A stretch of DNA of 64,000 nucleotides, taken from a virus. Below are positions 35,686 to 45,144 of this stretch, one piece after another (positions within the stretch are counted from its first letter, which is position 1; each line of letters begins with the position of its first letter). Under the pieces are notes generated by a model. The model saw only the letters and a list, made by a program, of their open reading frames with translations. It had not been told where the DNA came from and searched no databases. A program made the position numbers and the translations under genes. The stretch lies in IMG/VR virus record IMGVR_UViG_3300049847_000494, positions 68,977 through 132,976 of that record. One strand, 5' to 3'.

Positions 35686-38679
35686 ATGGTAAAACGAAGA
35701 GACATATCGAACAGCCATTTATTAGATATTGATGCTTTAGTAAATACTGTCATCAATAGCGGCTTATCACCTGATGTTTTTGAAGTAGAAGTTGACTTAC
35801 CAAGAGCAAAGAATGTTGTCGATTTTGCTCTAGGACCATCATTTTTAAATATTGAGAGGCTATTTGCTAAACAATTAGAACAAGCAGTAAAGTTGTTTGC
35901 CGAATATTGTCCTGAATGCTCGAATGTACCTTATCTAAACGAGGTACCTACCGAAGACAGCGTGTCACAATTTTTAGGTAATGTACAGCTGTTAGAATTC
36001 AGTATATGTCCTAAGTGCCAAAAGAACAAGAAAGAGCTGTTTAAAACTTACCCTAACGAGCTTGTAAGCTGTTTAGGTCAAAGGTCAGGTAAAACAGCGC
36101 TAGCTGGTGGGGTTATTTTTCCTTATATTTTACACAGATTCCTAAAGATAACTAACCCTACAAGGTATTTAGGTCTTATGCCTAATACCATGTTACAAAT
36201 GACAATGGTAGCTGTTACAGCTACGCAAGCTTATGAAACTTTATGGCTAGCTACATCAGGAACAATAAAATCAGCCCCTTGGTTCAAGGAATACCACAAA
36301 GCTCTTAGAGAAGAAGAAAAGATAAAAGGACTAACACCAGGATCACTTATCTCCGTTTTAGATACTTTTATCTGGTATGGCAATAAAAAAATATCAGTAA
36401 CATATCAAGCTGCAGATGGCAAAGCATTAAGAGGAAGAACTAGAATAGCTGCAGGTATTGACGAGTTAGCACACTTTAATAGCTCAAAATCAGTGGTACG
36501 AGCTAACCCAGAAGAGACTTATACAGCTCTTGATAATAGCCTAAGGACAGTACGAAACTCTACAGATGCCTTATGGGCTAAAGGAGATTATGATGTTCCC
36601 ACGGCTTACATGTTAAATATAAGCTCACCAAGATCGCAATACGACAAGATGATGCGGCTATTAAAGCAAGCAGAAACCGATATCCGAAAAGTTGCATTCC
36701 ATTATGCCAGTTGGGAAGCATCCCCTGTGATGCCGCGAGAAAGCTTAAAAAGCGTCGAGTTTAGTACACCTATAATATTTTGGAGAGATTTCGGGGCACA
36801 GCCGCCTTTGGCTGATAGCCCTTTCATGAACAACAAGAATTCAATTTATAATATAAAAAGTAATAAAAATCCAGTATTTACAACAAAACCTATTTATGTT
36901 AAAGATAAAGCTGGAAATGGCAAGTTCATAGCTGCAGAATTAACAAGTTGCGATATTGACAAGCAAACAGCGCGTATAGTAACATGTGATGCTGGTGAGT
37001 CAGGTAACTGTTTTGCTATTTCACTACATCATATTGAAACTAATGACAATGAAACTCAAATAATTTTAGATGGTACCGTTTCAGTAGCACCTGAAAAAAT
37101 ACCCGAGTTAGATTCAACTGTTACAGTACATTTCCCTACTATGTTTGAAATAATATTGCAGCTAAGCAAAAACTTTAATGTTGAATATGTAGTATATGAT
37201 AGATGGCAATGTGTTGTTGGTGATACTCTGGTGTATACTTCTGATGGTATCAAGAAAATAAAAAACTTACATGAAGACCAGTATGGTGTTTTTAACTTAG
37301 ATACTACAATAGCAGATTTAGAGGGTATCAATAAAACTACAAAATGGGGTAAGCTTAAAAGTAGGGATCTGATTGAGATTACTACTAAAAACGACTATTC
37401 TATAACAGGTACAGCTGACCACAAACTATGGACTATAGATGAAGATGCTAATCTTATATGGTGTAAAATAGGAGATCTGAAAACTACTGATTATTTAGCG
37501 TTAAAATCCCCAAATCTATGGGCAGAACAACCATGCAAGCAGCAGTATTCTGAATCAGGTTACGTGACAGCCAAAACAGCAGAAATAATGGCGTACTTAA
37601 GTGATCTTGATACGTCCCCAAGTAAAGAAATACCAAAAGAGATATTAGAATCACCTAAAAGTCTAGTAGTAATTTACCTGAAAACCCTCCTAGGGTTAAG
37701 AGAAAACACAGTAATATCTTACTATTCGGATCGATCTTTGATTTTCCTAAAACAGTTACAAGCTATACTCCTAAACTTAGGAGTTTTTACAAATAAAATA
37801 AGTAAGGCTAAATCAGGATTGTATCGTTTAACTATAGCCAATCAGCATACTCTCTATAAGGAGTTAGATATAAAGTCGAGTATACTTGATTTAGAACAAA
37901 AGTTAAATATTGTAAAAAATACAGAAATCCTACCTATTGGTAAAGTAATACAGAGTTGGGTACAAAGACATAGTATTAAACTACCCAAAAAGATATACAC
38001 TAAAAAATGTATATCTAAAAAAGTCTATCTGGAAAAGATAGAAAGTTTGGTCCTAAACACAGAGCCTGAGTTAGCGGCTAAAATTGCTAAAATGCTACCT
38101 TTTTACTGGACACCTATTAAGTCTATACAAGAAGCCGGTGTAGCGGATGTATATGACATCACAGTACCTAAGACCAGTAGTTTTATAGCTAATGGTATTG
38201 TAAGCCATAATAGCACAGGGGAAATCCAGCGTTTACGTGATTTGAAGATCAATGCTGAGCGTTATAGCCCAAAACTGGCAGATTTTATTGAATTGCGTGG
38301 TTTAGTAGAGAGTGAAAGCTATAAAACCCCAAAATGGGAATATGAAAATCTTGAGGATTTAGATATATCCAACCCAAAAAAACTTGCAGCAGCTCCTTAT
38401 ACGCATCTTGCACTACAGATGGCAACCGTACAGGAAAACGGTAAAAAAGTTCTCAAGCCTGAAGAAGGTGATGATGACATTTTTCGAACGGTTGTATTAG
38501 CTACAAGGTATTTACTCCTACACAAGAGTATGTTTCTAAAAGCTGGTAAAGGTAACGTTATAAAACCTAAAGGTTATTATGGTGTCGTTATAGGTAAAAG
38601 CTCAGGATCATCAGCTAGTTTTGGCGGTGGCTCTAAAGCAAACTCTTTTGTAGGTGTTGTTAAACGAAAAACGGAATAG
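35686..38679 (+). CDS. terL: Terminase large subunit with an intein
   Basis: Walker A GQRSGKT, LRGRT, Walker B GIDELAH, ISSP, nuclease CDAG, YDRWQ|S, DDIF. Confidence 0.85.
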   Translation: MVKRRDISNSHLLDIDALVNTVINSGLSPDVFEVEVDLPRAKNVVDFALGPSFLNIERLFAKQLEQAVKLFAEYCPECSNVPYLNEVPTEDSVSQFLGNVQLLEFSICPKCQKNKKELFKTYPNELVSCLGQRSGKTALAGGVIFPYILHRFLKITNPTRYLGLMPNTMLQMTMVAVTATQAYETLWLATSGTIKSAPWFKEYHKALREEEKIKGLTPGSLISVLDTFIWYGNKKISVTYQAADGKALRGRTRIAAGIDELAHFNSSKSVVRANPEETYTALDNSLRTVRNSTDALWAKGDYDVPTAYMLNISSPRSQYDKMMRLLKQAETDIRKVAFHYASWEASPVMPRESLKSVEFSTPIIFWRDFGAQPPLADSPFMNNKNSIYNIKSNKNPVFTTKPIYVKDKAGNGKFIAAELTSCDIDKQTARIVTCDAGESGNCFAISLHHIETNDNETQIILDGTVSVAPEKIPELDSTVTVHFPTMFEIILQLSKNFNVEYVVYDRWQCVVGDTLVYTSDGIKKIKNLHEDQYGVFNLDTTIADLEGINKTTKWGKLKSRDLIEITTKNDYSITGTADHKLWTIDEDANLIWCKIGDLKTTDYLALKSPNLWAEQPCKQQYSESGYVTAKTAEIMAYLSDLDTSPSKEIPKEILESPKSLVVIYLKTLLGLRENTVISYYSDRSLIFLKQLQAILLNLGVFTNKISKAKSGLYRLTIANQHTLYKELDIKSSILDLEQKLNIVKNTEILPIGKVIQSWVQRHSIKLPKKIYTKKCISKKVYLEKIESLVLNTEPELAAKIAKMLPFYWTPIKSIQEAGVADVYDITVPKTSSFIANGIVSHNSTGEIQRLRDLKINAERYSPKLADFIELRGLVESESYKTPKWEYENLEDLDISNPKKLAAAPYTHLALQMATVQENGKKVLKPEEGDDDIFRTVVLATRYLLLHKSMFLKAGKGNVIKPKGYYGVVIGKSSGSSASFGGGSKANSFVGVVKRKTE
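37210..38211 (+). mobile_element. Intein (334 aa) with a degenerate LAGLIDADG region
   Basis: CVVGDTLV; GTADH; VYDITV...FIANGIVSHN|S. Confidence 0.9.
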
Positions 38680-38689
38680 GAAGTAAAGT

Positions 38690-40036
38690 ATGTTAAGTCT
38701 ACTAAAGATGGCTTCTGGTTTATTGGTTCTTGCAGGTCAGCTGGATGACCTTAAGAAAAAGTATCCACAATTCAATTTAGATGGGATGTCTCACCTAAAG
38801 CCTAAGTACTATGGTTGGGCTATTAAACAACTATTAGCCGGTTCGACCATGGAACAGATAGTACCTGCTCTGGAGACTTTTGATAAAAACCAAGTTAGAC
38901 TAAAAGAGAAAGATATTAATAAATATCAGGATCTAGAAGCTTTAATAGCTACTATCCAAGAAATTGGTAAATCAAAAACTGAGCAAAAGAAAACAGTAAA
39001 ATCTACTGGGGCTAAGACGCTATTCGAGAATGATGCTTATATTCTACTAAGAATAGAATCAAAACAAGCTTGTATTCAGTATGGTACTGATACTAAGTGG
39101 TGTATTACTTGGAAAGATGAAGATTATTTTAATAAATATTCTTTACAAGGTGTTAAATTTTACTTTTGGATTAATAAAAAGTTAAAAGCTAGGGATCCTT
39201 TACAGAAGGTAGCTATAACTATTCTACCGGAAGATGCCTATACAGAACAAGCTTATGAGGATTTGTCTGATGGTAGGAAGCTACAAGTCTGGGATTCCAC
39301 TGATACAGCTATCAAAGCTAGCTCTGTACCTGGTTTAGACCTTATCCTACATAAGCTATTAGAAGATAGCAATTCAGCTAAAAGCCAGAGAGACCTAATA
39401 GAAAACATAGGTGAAAACCCAGAAAAATATATCAGTCATAAAAACAGTAAAATTAGACTCAAGGCTGCCGAACTTGCTGACCCTAAATATCTTGTAGGTC
39501 TAATACATGATCCAGAAGAACAAATAAGAATAATAGTATCAAAGCGTATAGCACCTGAGTATCTCAAGCAAATGATTGATGATGATAGTTATCATGTAGC
39601 TAACAACGTAGTAAACAGGTTACCTTATAAGTATTTACCACTTACTAAGGTAAGTGGTATGGATGGTTTTACAAAAAATAAAGTTCTAAAACAAATTATA
39701 GAAGGTTACGATCTTGGTTTGTTAGCTGAAACGACGGAATATCCTATAGGAGTTGATGATCACGTGCTATTTAGCATATTTAGAGGTATTGACCAAGACC
39801 TCCTACCAAATTTTAGGCATCATAAAGATAGTCGGATTAGGTCTCTAGTTATAAATAAAATAGACCATAAATATTTACCAGAATTTGTTAATGATCCGTC
39901 AGAAGACATACGAATAAATGCAGTAGTGCACGCAAATCCTGAGGATCTACCCTTGTTTTTCGAGAATAAATCAGAAGTAGTTAAGCAGATTGCACAAGCC
40001 AGATATAAACAGTTTAAAAACAAGAAAAATAACTAA
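38690..40036 (+). CDS. Hypothetical protein with C-terminal HEAT/LRV-like repeats
   Basis: YGTDTKWCIT motif; repeated D....IR..V helices. Confidence 0.6.
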   Translation: MLSLLKMASGLLVLAGQLDDLKKKYPQFNLDGMSHLKPKYYGWAIKQLLAGSTMEQIVPALETFDKNQVRLKEKDINKYQDLEALIATIQEIGKSKTEQKKTVKSTGAKTLFENDAYILLRIESKQACIQYGTDTKWCITWKDEDYFNKYSLQGVKFYFWINKKLKARDPLQKVAITILPEDAYTEQAYEDLSDGRKLQVWDSTDTAIKASSVPGLDLILHKLLEDSNSAKSQRDLIENIGENPEKYISHKNSKIRLKAAELADPKYLVGLIHDPEEQIRIIVSKRIAPEYLKQMIDDDSYHVANNVVNRLPYKYLPLTKVSGMDGFTKNKVLKQIIEGYDLGLLAETTEYPIGVDDHVLFSIFRGIDQDLLPNFRHHKDSRIRSLVINKIDHKYLPEFVNDPSEDIRINAVVHANPEDLPLFFENKSEVVKQIAQARYKQFKNKKNN

Positions 40037-40045
40037 GGGAGTCTT

Positions 40046-40846
40046 ATGGGTTTCAAGGCAGTCAAAGGTAAAAGCATAGTAAATAATACAGGTCGTATTA
40101 TAATGATAGGTGACCTGCATGGCTGTCTTGAAGAATGTCTTGATCTTCTAGCTAAGCTAGCCGTAGCATCTAAAGATACAGTTATATTCCTTGGAGATTT
40201 AGTTGACCGAGGACCATACAATGGTGGTTGTGTTGATCTTGCTATGAAGCATGAGTGTATTCTTGGTAATCATGAACAAAAGCATATTAACTATTATCTA
40301 AAAGAACAAAAAGGTGAAAAGTTAGGGGTATTACCACCTACTCATGCATTCACTCGGTCGCAGCTTAATATAGATCACTATAAATATTTTGAAAATCTAC
40401 CACACTTTATTCGTCTACCACAATATAATAGTGTTGTAGTTCACGGCGGGGTATTTCCAGGTAAAGCTATTGAGGATCAGAATGCGGAACTATTGATTCG
40501 CATGCAGTTTATCAATCCAGCTAACCCTAAAAAGACGTACTGGGCAATGAAGCGTCCTGTTCAATCAATAGAAAATGGATTAGACGTGATTTACGATGAT
40601 TCTTTTAAATTCTGGACAGAACTTTGGGATGGACCTGAAAGGATTATTTTTGGTCATTCTGTACTAAATAAACCATTAATCACTGAAAAAGCTGTTGGTA
40701 TTGACGGTGGTTGTGCATTTGGTGATACCTTGTATGCCTTTGTACTACCCGATAATATCGTTGTTAGTGTACCCAGTAAACAACCAAATACACATAATCC
40801 TAATATAAAACTACATCTTTTTCATGAGGATGTTGGTACTTATTAA
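40046..40846 (+). CDS. Calcineurin-like metallophosphoesterase (ApaH/PrpA-like)
   Basis: GDLHG, GDLVDRGP, GNHE, VHGG, FGH, IDGGC. Confidence 0.9.
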   Translation: MGFKAVKGKSIVNNTGRIIMIGDLHGCLEECLDLLAKLAVASKDTVIFLGDLVDRGPYNGGCVDLAMKHECILGNHEQKHINYYLKEQKGEKLGVLPPTHAFTRSQLNIDHYKYFENLPHFIRLPQYNSVVVHGGVFPGKAIEDQNAELLIRMQFINPANPKKTYWAMKRPVQSIENGLDVIYDDSFKFWTELWDGPERIIFGHSVLNKPLITEKAVGIDGGCAFGDTLYAFVLPDNIVVSVPSKQPNTHNPNIKLHLFHEDVGTY

Positions 40847-40848
40847 AC

Positions 40849-40877
40849 TTGACATTCCTAATAAAGTAGGTTAGTAT
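40849..40877 (+). promoter_or_regulatory. Host sigma70-type promoter
   Basis: TTGACA, 17-bp spacer, TAGTAT. Confidence 0.65.
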
Positions 40878-40968
40878 GAAAGAAGAGCTTTTCATAGCTA
40901 TGGCTATTCTTTGTTGGATTTTGGCATGTTCAATACTAATAGATACTTGTATTAAATTAGTAATCTAG
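40876..40968 (+). CDS. 30-aa hydrophobic peptide
   Basis: MKEELFIAMAILCWILACSILIDTCIKLVI fills the intergenic gap; its ATG overlaps the -10 box. Confidence 0.35.
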   Translation: MKEELFIAMAILCWILACSILIDTCIKLVI

Positions 40969-40975
40969 GGTAAAA

Positions 40976-41767
40976 ATGAAGTTAGATAAATCTAAAATAT
41001 CAGATCTTAAATATAAGCTAGATTCTAACTTGTATAAAGCTGACTTTATTAAGCATGCAAAAGAAAAAGACCCTATTAGTTTAGTTTATCCTTATACTAA
41101 CAATTTAGATAAAGAAGTAGTTGCTTTTATTGTATCTACACTATCTTATGGTAGGCAAGAAATTTTTAGACCTGTATTACGTACTATCCTAAATAATATA
41201 GGAGATAAGCCAGCAAAATTTATTGCTAATGGTGATGAAGATGACTTTAAAAATGCTCTTGCCGATTTCACTCAGTATAGATTTAATACTAAAGATGATT
41301 TGGTATCGCTATTTAAAGCTTTAAAAACTGTATACAGTGTAGGCTCTACCTTAGAAGAAGTGTTCTTGCAAGGTTTTGATGGTAATGTGAAACCTGCACT
41401 TAGTCACTTAGTGGAAAAGTTACTAAATACCCAACCTAAAACGAAGGGTTTTAGTTACCTATTACCTTCTCCAGATGCAGGTAGTTGTTGCAAGAGACTT
41501 AACATGTTCCTACGGTGGATGGTTCGTATTGATCTAATCGATATTGGTTTATGGAGCTCAAATATACCAAGAGAATGTCTTATAGTACCTCTTGATATAC
41601 ATATAGCTAAAGTAAGCCGTGAGCTTGGTCTTACAACCAGGATTAGTAATACATGGAGCACAGCTGAAGATATCACAGAAAGCTTACGATGTTTGGATCC
41701 TAAAGATCCTATCAAGTACGATTTTGCTTTATGCACGTCAAGTATATTGAAAAACAAGTATGAATAA
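40976..41767 (+). CDS. TIGR02757/DUF2400 family protein (HhH-GPD-like)
   Basis: DP, LSYG, SCCKRLNMFLRWMVR, PLDIH, DPIKYDFAL. Confidence 0.85.
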   Translation: MKLDKSKISDLKYKLDSNLYKADFIKHAKEKDPISLVYPYTNNLDKEVVAFIVSTLSYGRQEIFRPVLRTILNNIGDKPAKFIANGDEDDFKNALADFTQYRFNTKDDLVSLFKALKTVYSVGSTLEEVFLQGFDGNVKPALSHLVEKLLNTQPKTKGFSYLLPSPDAGSCCKRLNMFLRWMVRIDLIDIGLWSSNIPRECLIVPLDIHIAKVSRELGLTTRISNTWSTAEDITESLRCLDPKDPIKYDFALCTSSILKNKYE

Positions 41768-41984
41768 ATCTGAACAACTTATAAAGCAAGTACAAGACAT
41801 AACCAAATTAGACAGAATAGATGTATTACTGTTATTAGCTACTACAGTTTCTGACGGATTACTTAGTACACCTTCAAGTGTGCTTGAAGGTAAGTTCCGA
41901 TTACAAACAAATAGACTCGTTTTTAGAAAGCTTCGGAGTGTTCTAAATACTCTGGAAAAGTTAAATTTCCTAAGGTTTGACTGA
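41760..41984 (+). CDS. Hypothetical protein
   Basis: Coupled ORF. Confidence 0.5.
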   Translation: MNKSEQLIKQVQDITKLDRIDVLLLLATTVSDGLLSTPSSVLEGKFRLQTNRLVFRKLRSVLNTLEKLNFLRFD

Positions 41985-42445
41985 TGATAACACTAGAAAA
42001 ACTGTTACTAACCGCTAAGAGCAGCCGAGTTACTAACAGTATGCCTTATACTGTTAGTAATCTGGTCAAGCGGTCAGGATCTGAAAATGAAGGGAGCTAT
42101 ACCTTATTTATAGCAAATATGGTTGGTGATGGAAGTCAACCTTCCTTATGTAGTATAAAATTTTTTGGATCTATCAGTGTACAAACTAAAGTAAAAGTAG
42201 ATTGTAAATGTAATGATTTCAAGTATAATTCAAAAGATAAACCTATATTAGAAGCTAAAGCTGAAGCTGCTCGGGTAGCTAAACCACTGGAATCAATAAG
42301 TAATACAGAAGATCCTTTACCTTTTATGTGTAAGCATTTAGCCGCATTAGCTAAATCATGTATAGATGCAGAGACTTTAAAACAAAAACAGGTTTCAGAT
42401 AAAAAACCTGTAAATATAAGTAGTAAACTAAAGAACAAAAGGTAA
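41984..42445 (+). CDS. SWIM zinc-finger protein
   Basis: CKCNDF...CKHL. Confidence 0.7.
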   Translation: MITLEKLLLTAKSSRVTNSMPYTVSNLVKRSGSENEGSYTLFIANMVGDGSQPSLCSIKFFGSISVQTKVKVDCKCNDFKYNSKDKPILEAKAEAARVAKPLESISNTEDPLPFMCKHLAALAKSCIDAETLKQKQVSDKKPVNISSKLKNKR

Positions 42446-42450
42446 TTTAC

Positions 42451-43779
42451 TTGTCTTACTTTGATGAACTTGCAAAAGCTAATGCAGAAGAAACTCTTAA
42501 GCAAGAGGAGTTATTACCTCTCTTCTCAAGAGCTAATAAGAACTTAAAAGAATGTGTAAAAATTCTTGTTCAGGAAAACCAAGTAATCCAAAATAGAATC
42601 GTGAGTTTAGGTGCAGAAATAGCATCTAATATTGATAGAAATAAAGCTATCTTTACGAGAAGTTTAAGATATGAGGAGGATAATCTAGTTGATATTATCC
42701 CTAACAAACTTGAACAGCAGCAATATATGCTATGTCAATGCCTGGATTTACAAAAAGCCATGGCTACTAATGACGTATCTAAACAGATCGAAATAATAGA
42801 AAATATACCTATTTCTAGGATGATTTTCGAGGATGTTATCGTAACATGGCTCAATACAGTTAAAGAGTATACAAAACAAGTAGATTATAATGTTATGTCA
42901 GCCTCAAAAGATAACATAGATAACTACTTGAAAAGTTCTTTAAAAGTACATAACTTAGAAAAATCATTAGGATTAAATCCTGTAACTAGTTACAGTACTA
43001 TACGATTTGTTAATAGCCGTATGGAAGCTATAAGGTCTATATATAACAGGATAGCTAAAGCTTATGCTAGATCTGTGCTTAAAATGGCAAGAGGTCTTGC
43101 TGTATATCATGACTATGTGTTAGATAGTTATCAAAACGGTAACTTTGGATTGATGAGAGCTATAAGCTCATATGACCATATAAGTAATGCACGCTTCCCT
43201 GGGTATGCAGCTTGGTGGATAAAGCAAAAAATGCTCTTTTGTATGAAGGAAGAAGCTAACGTAATAAAGATTTCAAGTAATACCTGGCAACATTATGCTA
43301 AACTTGAATCTTTCAGAAATAAAATAGAAGGCAAAAAAGGATCTATAACAATAGAAGATATAGCTAAAGCAGCTAATTATACAGTAGAAAAAGCTGAAAG
43401 CATATATAATAGTATTAAAGCTAGTCAAGTCAAATCCTTAGAATACAATTTAAGCTCAGAAGGATTTAATTTACTTACGGTAGCTTCTGGCACAGATGAT
43501 CCTGTCCTTGTAGAGGATGCTTCTACAGCAGCAGAAGAGATATTAGCAATTGAAGAACAAACTACTCATGAAGAACAAGATAGTAAAAGAGTGGAAATTC
43601 TACTTAAAAATTTACCAAAAGACTTAAAAAAGATCGTTTGTCTTAAATTTGGTCTTTTGGATAAACTTTCTCAAGAAATCGACCCTGATAGGGTTGCTTT
43701 CGAAAGGATGAGACAACAAGTTGCTGCTCTAAGGGAGCGAGCAATTAATAACAAAGAAGGTGAAGCAGTACAAGCCTAA
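42451..43779 (+). CDS. Phage sigma70-family RNA polymerase sigma factor
   Basis: Region 2 QNGNFGLMRAISSYD...FPGYAAWWIKQ; region 3 EDIAK...SLE; shortened region 4. Confidence 0.85.
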   Translation: MSYFDELAKANAEETLKQEELLPLFSRANKNLKECVKILVQENQVIQNRIVSLGAEIASNIDRNKAIFTRSLRYEEDNLVDIIPNKLEQQQYMLCQCLDLQKAMATNDVSKQIEIIENIPISRMIFEDVIVTWLNTVKEYTKQVDYNVMSASKDNIDNYLKSSLKVHNLEKSLGLNPVTSYSTIRFVNSRMEAIRSIYNRIAKAYARSVLKMARGLAVYHDYVLDSYQNGNFGLMRAISSYDHISNARFPGYAAWWIKQKMLFCMKEEANVIKISSNTWQHYAKLESFRNKIEGKKGSITIEDIAKAANYTVEKAESIYNSIKASQVKSLEYNLSSEGFNLLTVASGTDDPVLVEDASTAAEEILAIEEQTTHEEQDSKRVEILLKNLPKDLKKIVCLKFGLLDKLSQEIDPDRVAFERMRQQVAALRERAINNKEGEAVQA

Positions 43780-43844
43780 AACATGTAAAACCAGCAAATC
43801 GGCATTTTGCCAAAGTAAGCTACAAACAATAAAGGAATATAAAA

Positions 43845-44780
43845 ATGAAAACATTAGATCAAATCAAACCAAAAAATAGTGATGTCAAGTGGCGCAATAA
43901 TATCCTATCACCAGAAATGCCTAAGGATAACAGTTGGTACTCCTTCCGAGTAGTTGGTGGTGTATTATCTTATGCTCAGCACTGGGTAAAATCAATCAAT
44001 CAAAAGACAGGTAAGGAAATTGTATTTCCTGTAGATTGTCTTGCATGGGATGATGATAGTGAAGATATTAACCGATCCAAGATTGGTGATTGTCCTGGTT
44101 GTCAAACCGACATTAAGCCACGCGGCAAGTATCTATTCAATGTAATCGATCGTGGTGTACAGAAGACAGGTAGCTCTTCTTATATCAGAGCTTTCGATCT
44201 ACCACCTACAGCAATGAACAAGATTCTAGAGCTTAGCACTCTAAATATGGTTAATGGTCAACCAAAGAGTGTTGCTGATGTCCTTTATGGTTGTGACCTT
44301 TATATCCAATGGTCTACCAAAGAAGGTCGCACTGGCAAGGGTGATTGGGTCATCCAAAAGGGTGAACGTACACCACTTACTGACGAAGAGAAGCGTGCAG
44401 AGCTTTACGACTTTACAGAAATCTATGTACCGGGTGATGCTACTAATGCACGACAAAGCTTAATACGAGCAGGTTACTTTAAGGAAGATACGGGCAGTGC
44501 ACAGCAGAGGCAAGTCATGATGCCACCCTCAGGTGCTCAGATGCCACCCACACATAATCCACCAGCAGTCATTAGTCAAACAAATGAAACTTATGTAAAC
44601 CCTCCTGTAGAGGAGCAAACTATTTCAGTTATGCCTAAGTCATTAGGAAAGCCACCACAAAGCCTAGGTGTAGTGGAGAAACCTAGTTGTTTTGGTGCTT
44701 TCAAAGGTGACCTAGATTGTCCTAAGTGCCCACACCGACCAGCTTGTTTAGTCCTTACACAGGAACGACAAGACGGTTAA
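43845..44780 (+). CDS. Putative gp32-like single-stranded DNA-binding protein
   Basis: FRVV, HW, C...CPGC, YLFNVIDR, GCDL pattern; Pro/Gln linker; C-terminal Cys cluster. Confidence 0.65.
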   Translation: MKTLDQIKPKNSDVKWRNNILSPEMPKDNSWYSFRVVGGVLSYAQHWVKSINQKTGKEIVFPVDCLAWDDDSEDINRSKIGDCPGCQTDIKPRGKYLFNVIDRGVQKTGSSSYIRAFDLPPTAMNKILELSTLNMVNGQPKSVADVLYGCDLYIQWSTKEGRTGKGDWVIQKGERTPLTDEEKRAELYDFTEIYVPGDATNARQSLIRAGYFKEDTGSAQQRQVMMPPSGAQMPPTHNPPAVISQTNETYVNPPVEEQTISVMPKSLGKPPQSLGVVEKPSCFGAFKGDLDCPKCPHRPACLVLTQERQDG

Positions 44781-44793
44781 AAGGAAATAATAG

Positions 44794-45144
44794 ATGTTAA
44801 AATCTACCTGTCAGCAAGCTTTAGATATAATAGCTGACACTGATAAGGTCATGATTTTAATAGAACAATATGGTGACCCTCTTAGTAAGAGGGCTCGCCA
44901 TGTTTTGCATTCTAATAAAATTAGATTTGAAAAACTAGGTTATAAATTACTTACAGTAGCTTTTGAAGCTGAATTAGCGAAACACGAAGAGTTATCTTGC
45001 GTTCGTTTACCACAAATAAGAATATTCCGCAAGCATAAACTATACTCCAAGTATGTTGGTGTACCTTCGGATATCGACATAAATAATATATTTAAAGAGG
45101 CTATGTGTTACACAGCACAAGTACCAAAAAAAGAAAAAACTTAG
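44794..45144 (+). CDS. Thioredoxin-fold-like protein lacking CxxC
   Basis: LPQIRIFRKHKL..YVG resembles the cis-Pro strand; DPLS occupies the CxxC position. Confidence 0.35.
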   Translation: MLKSTCQQALDIIADTDKVMILIEQYGDPLSKRARHVLHSNKIRFEKLGYKLLTVAFEAELAKHEELSCVRLPQIRIFRKHKLYSKYVGVPSDIDINNIFKEAMCYTAQVPKKEKT

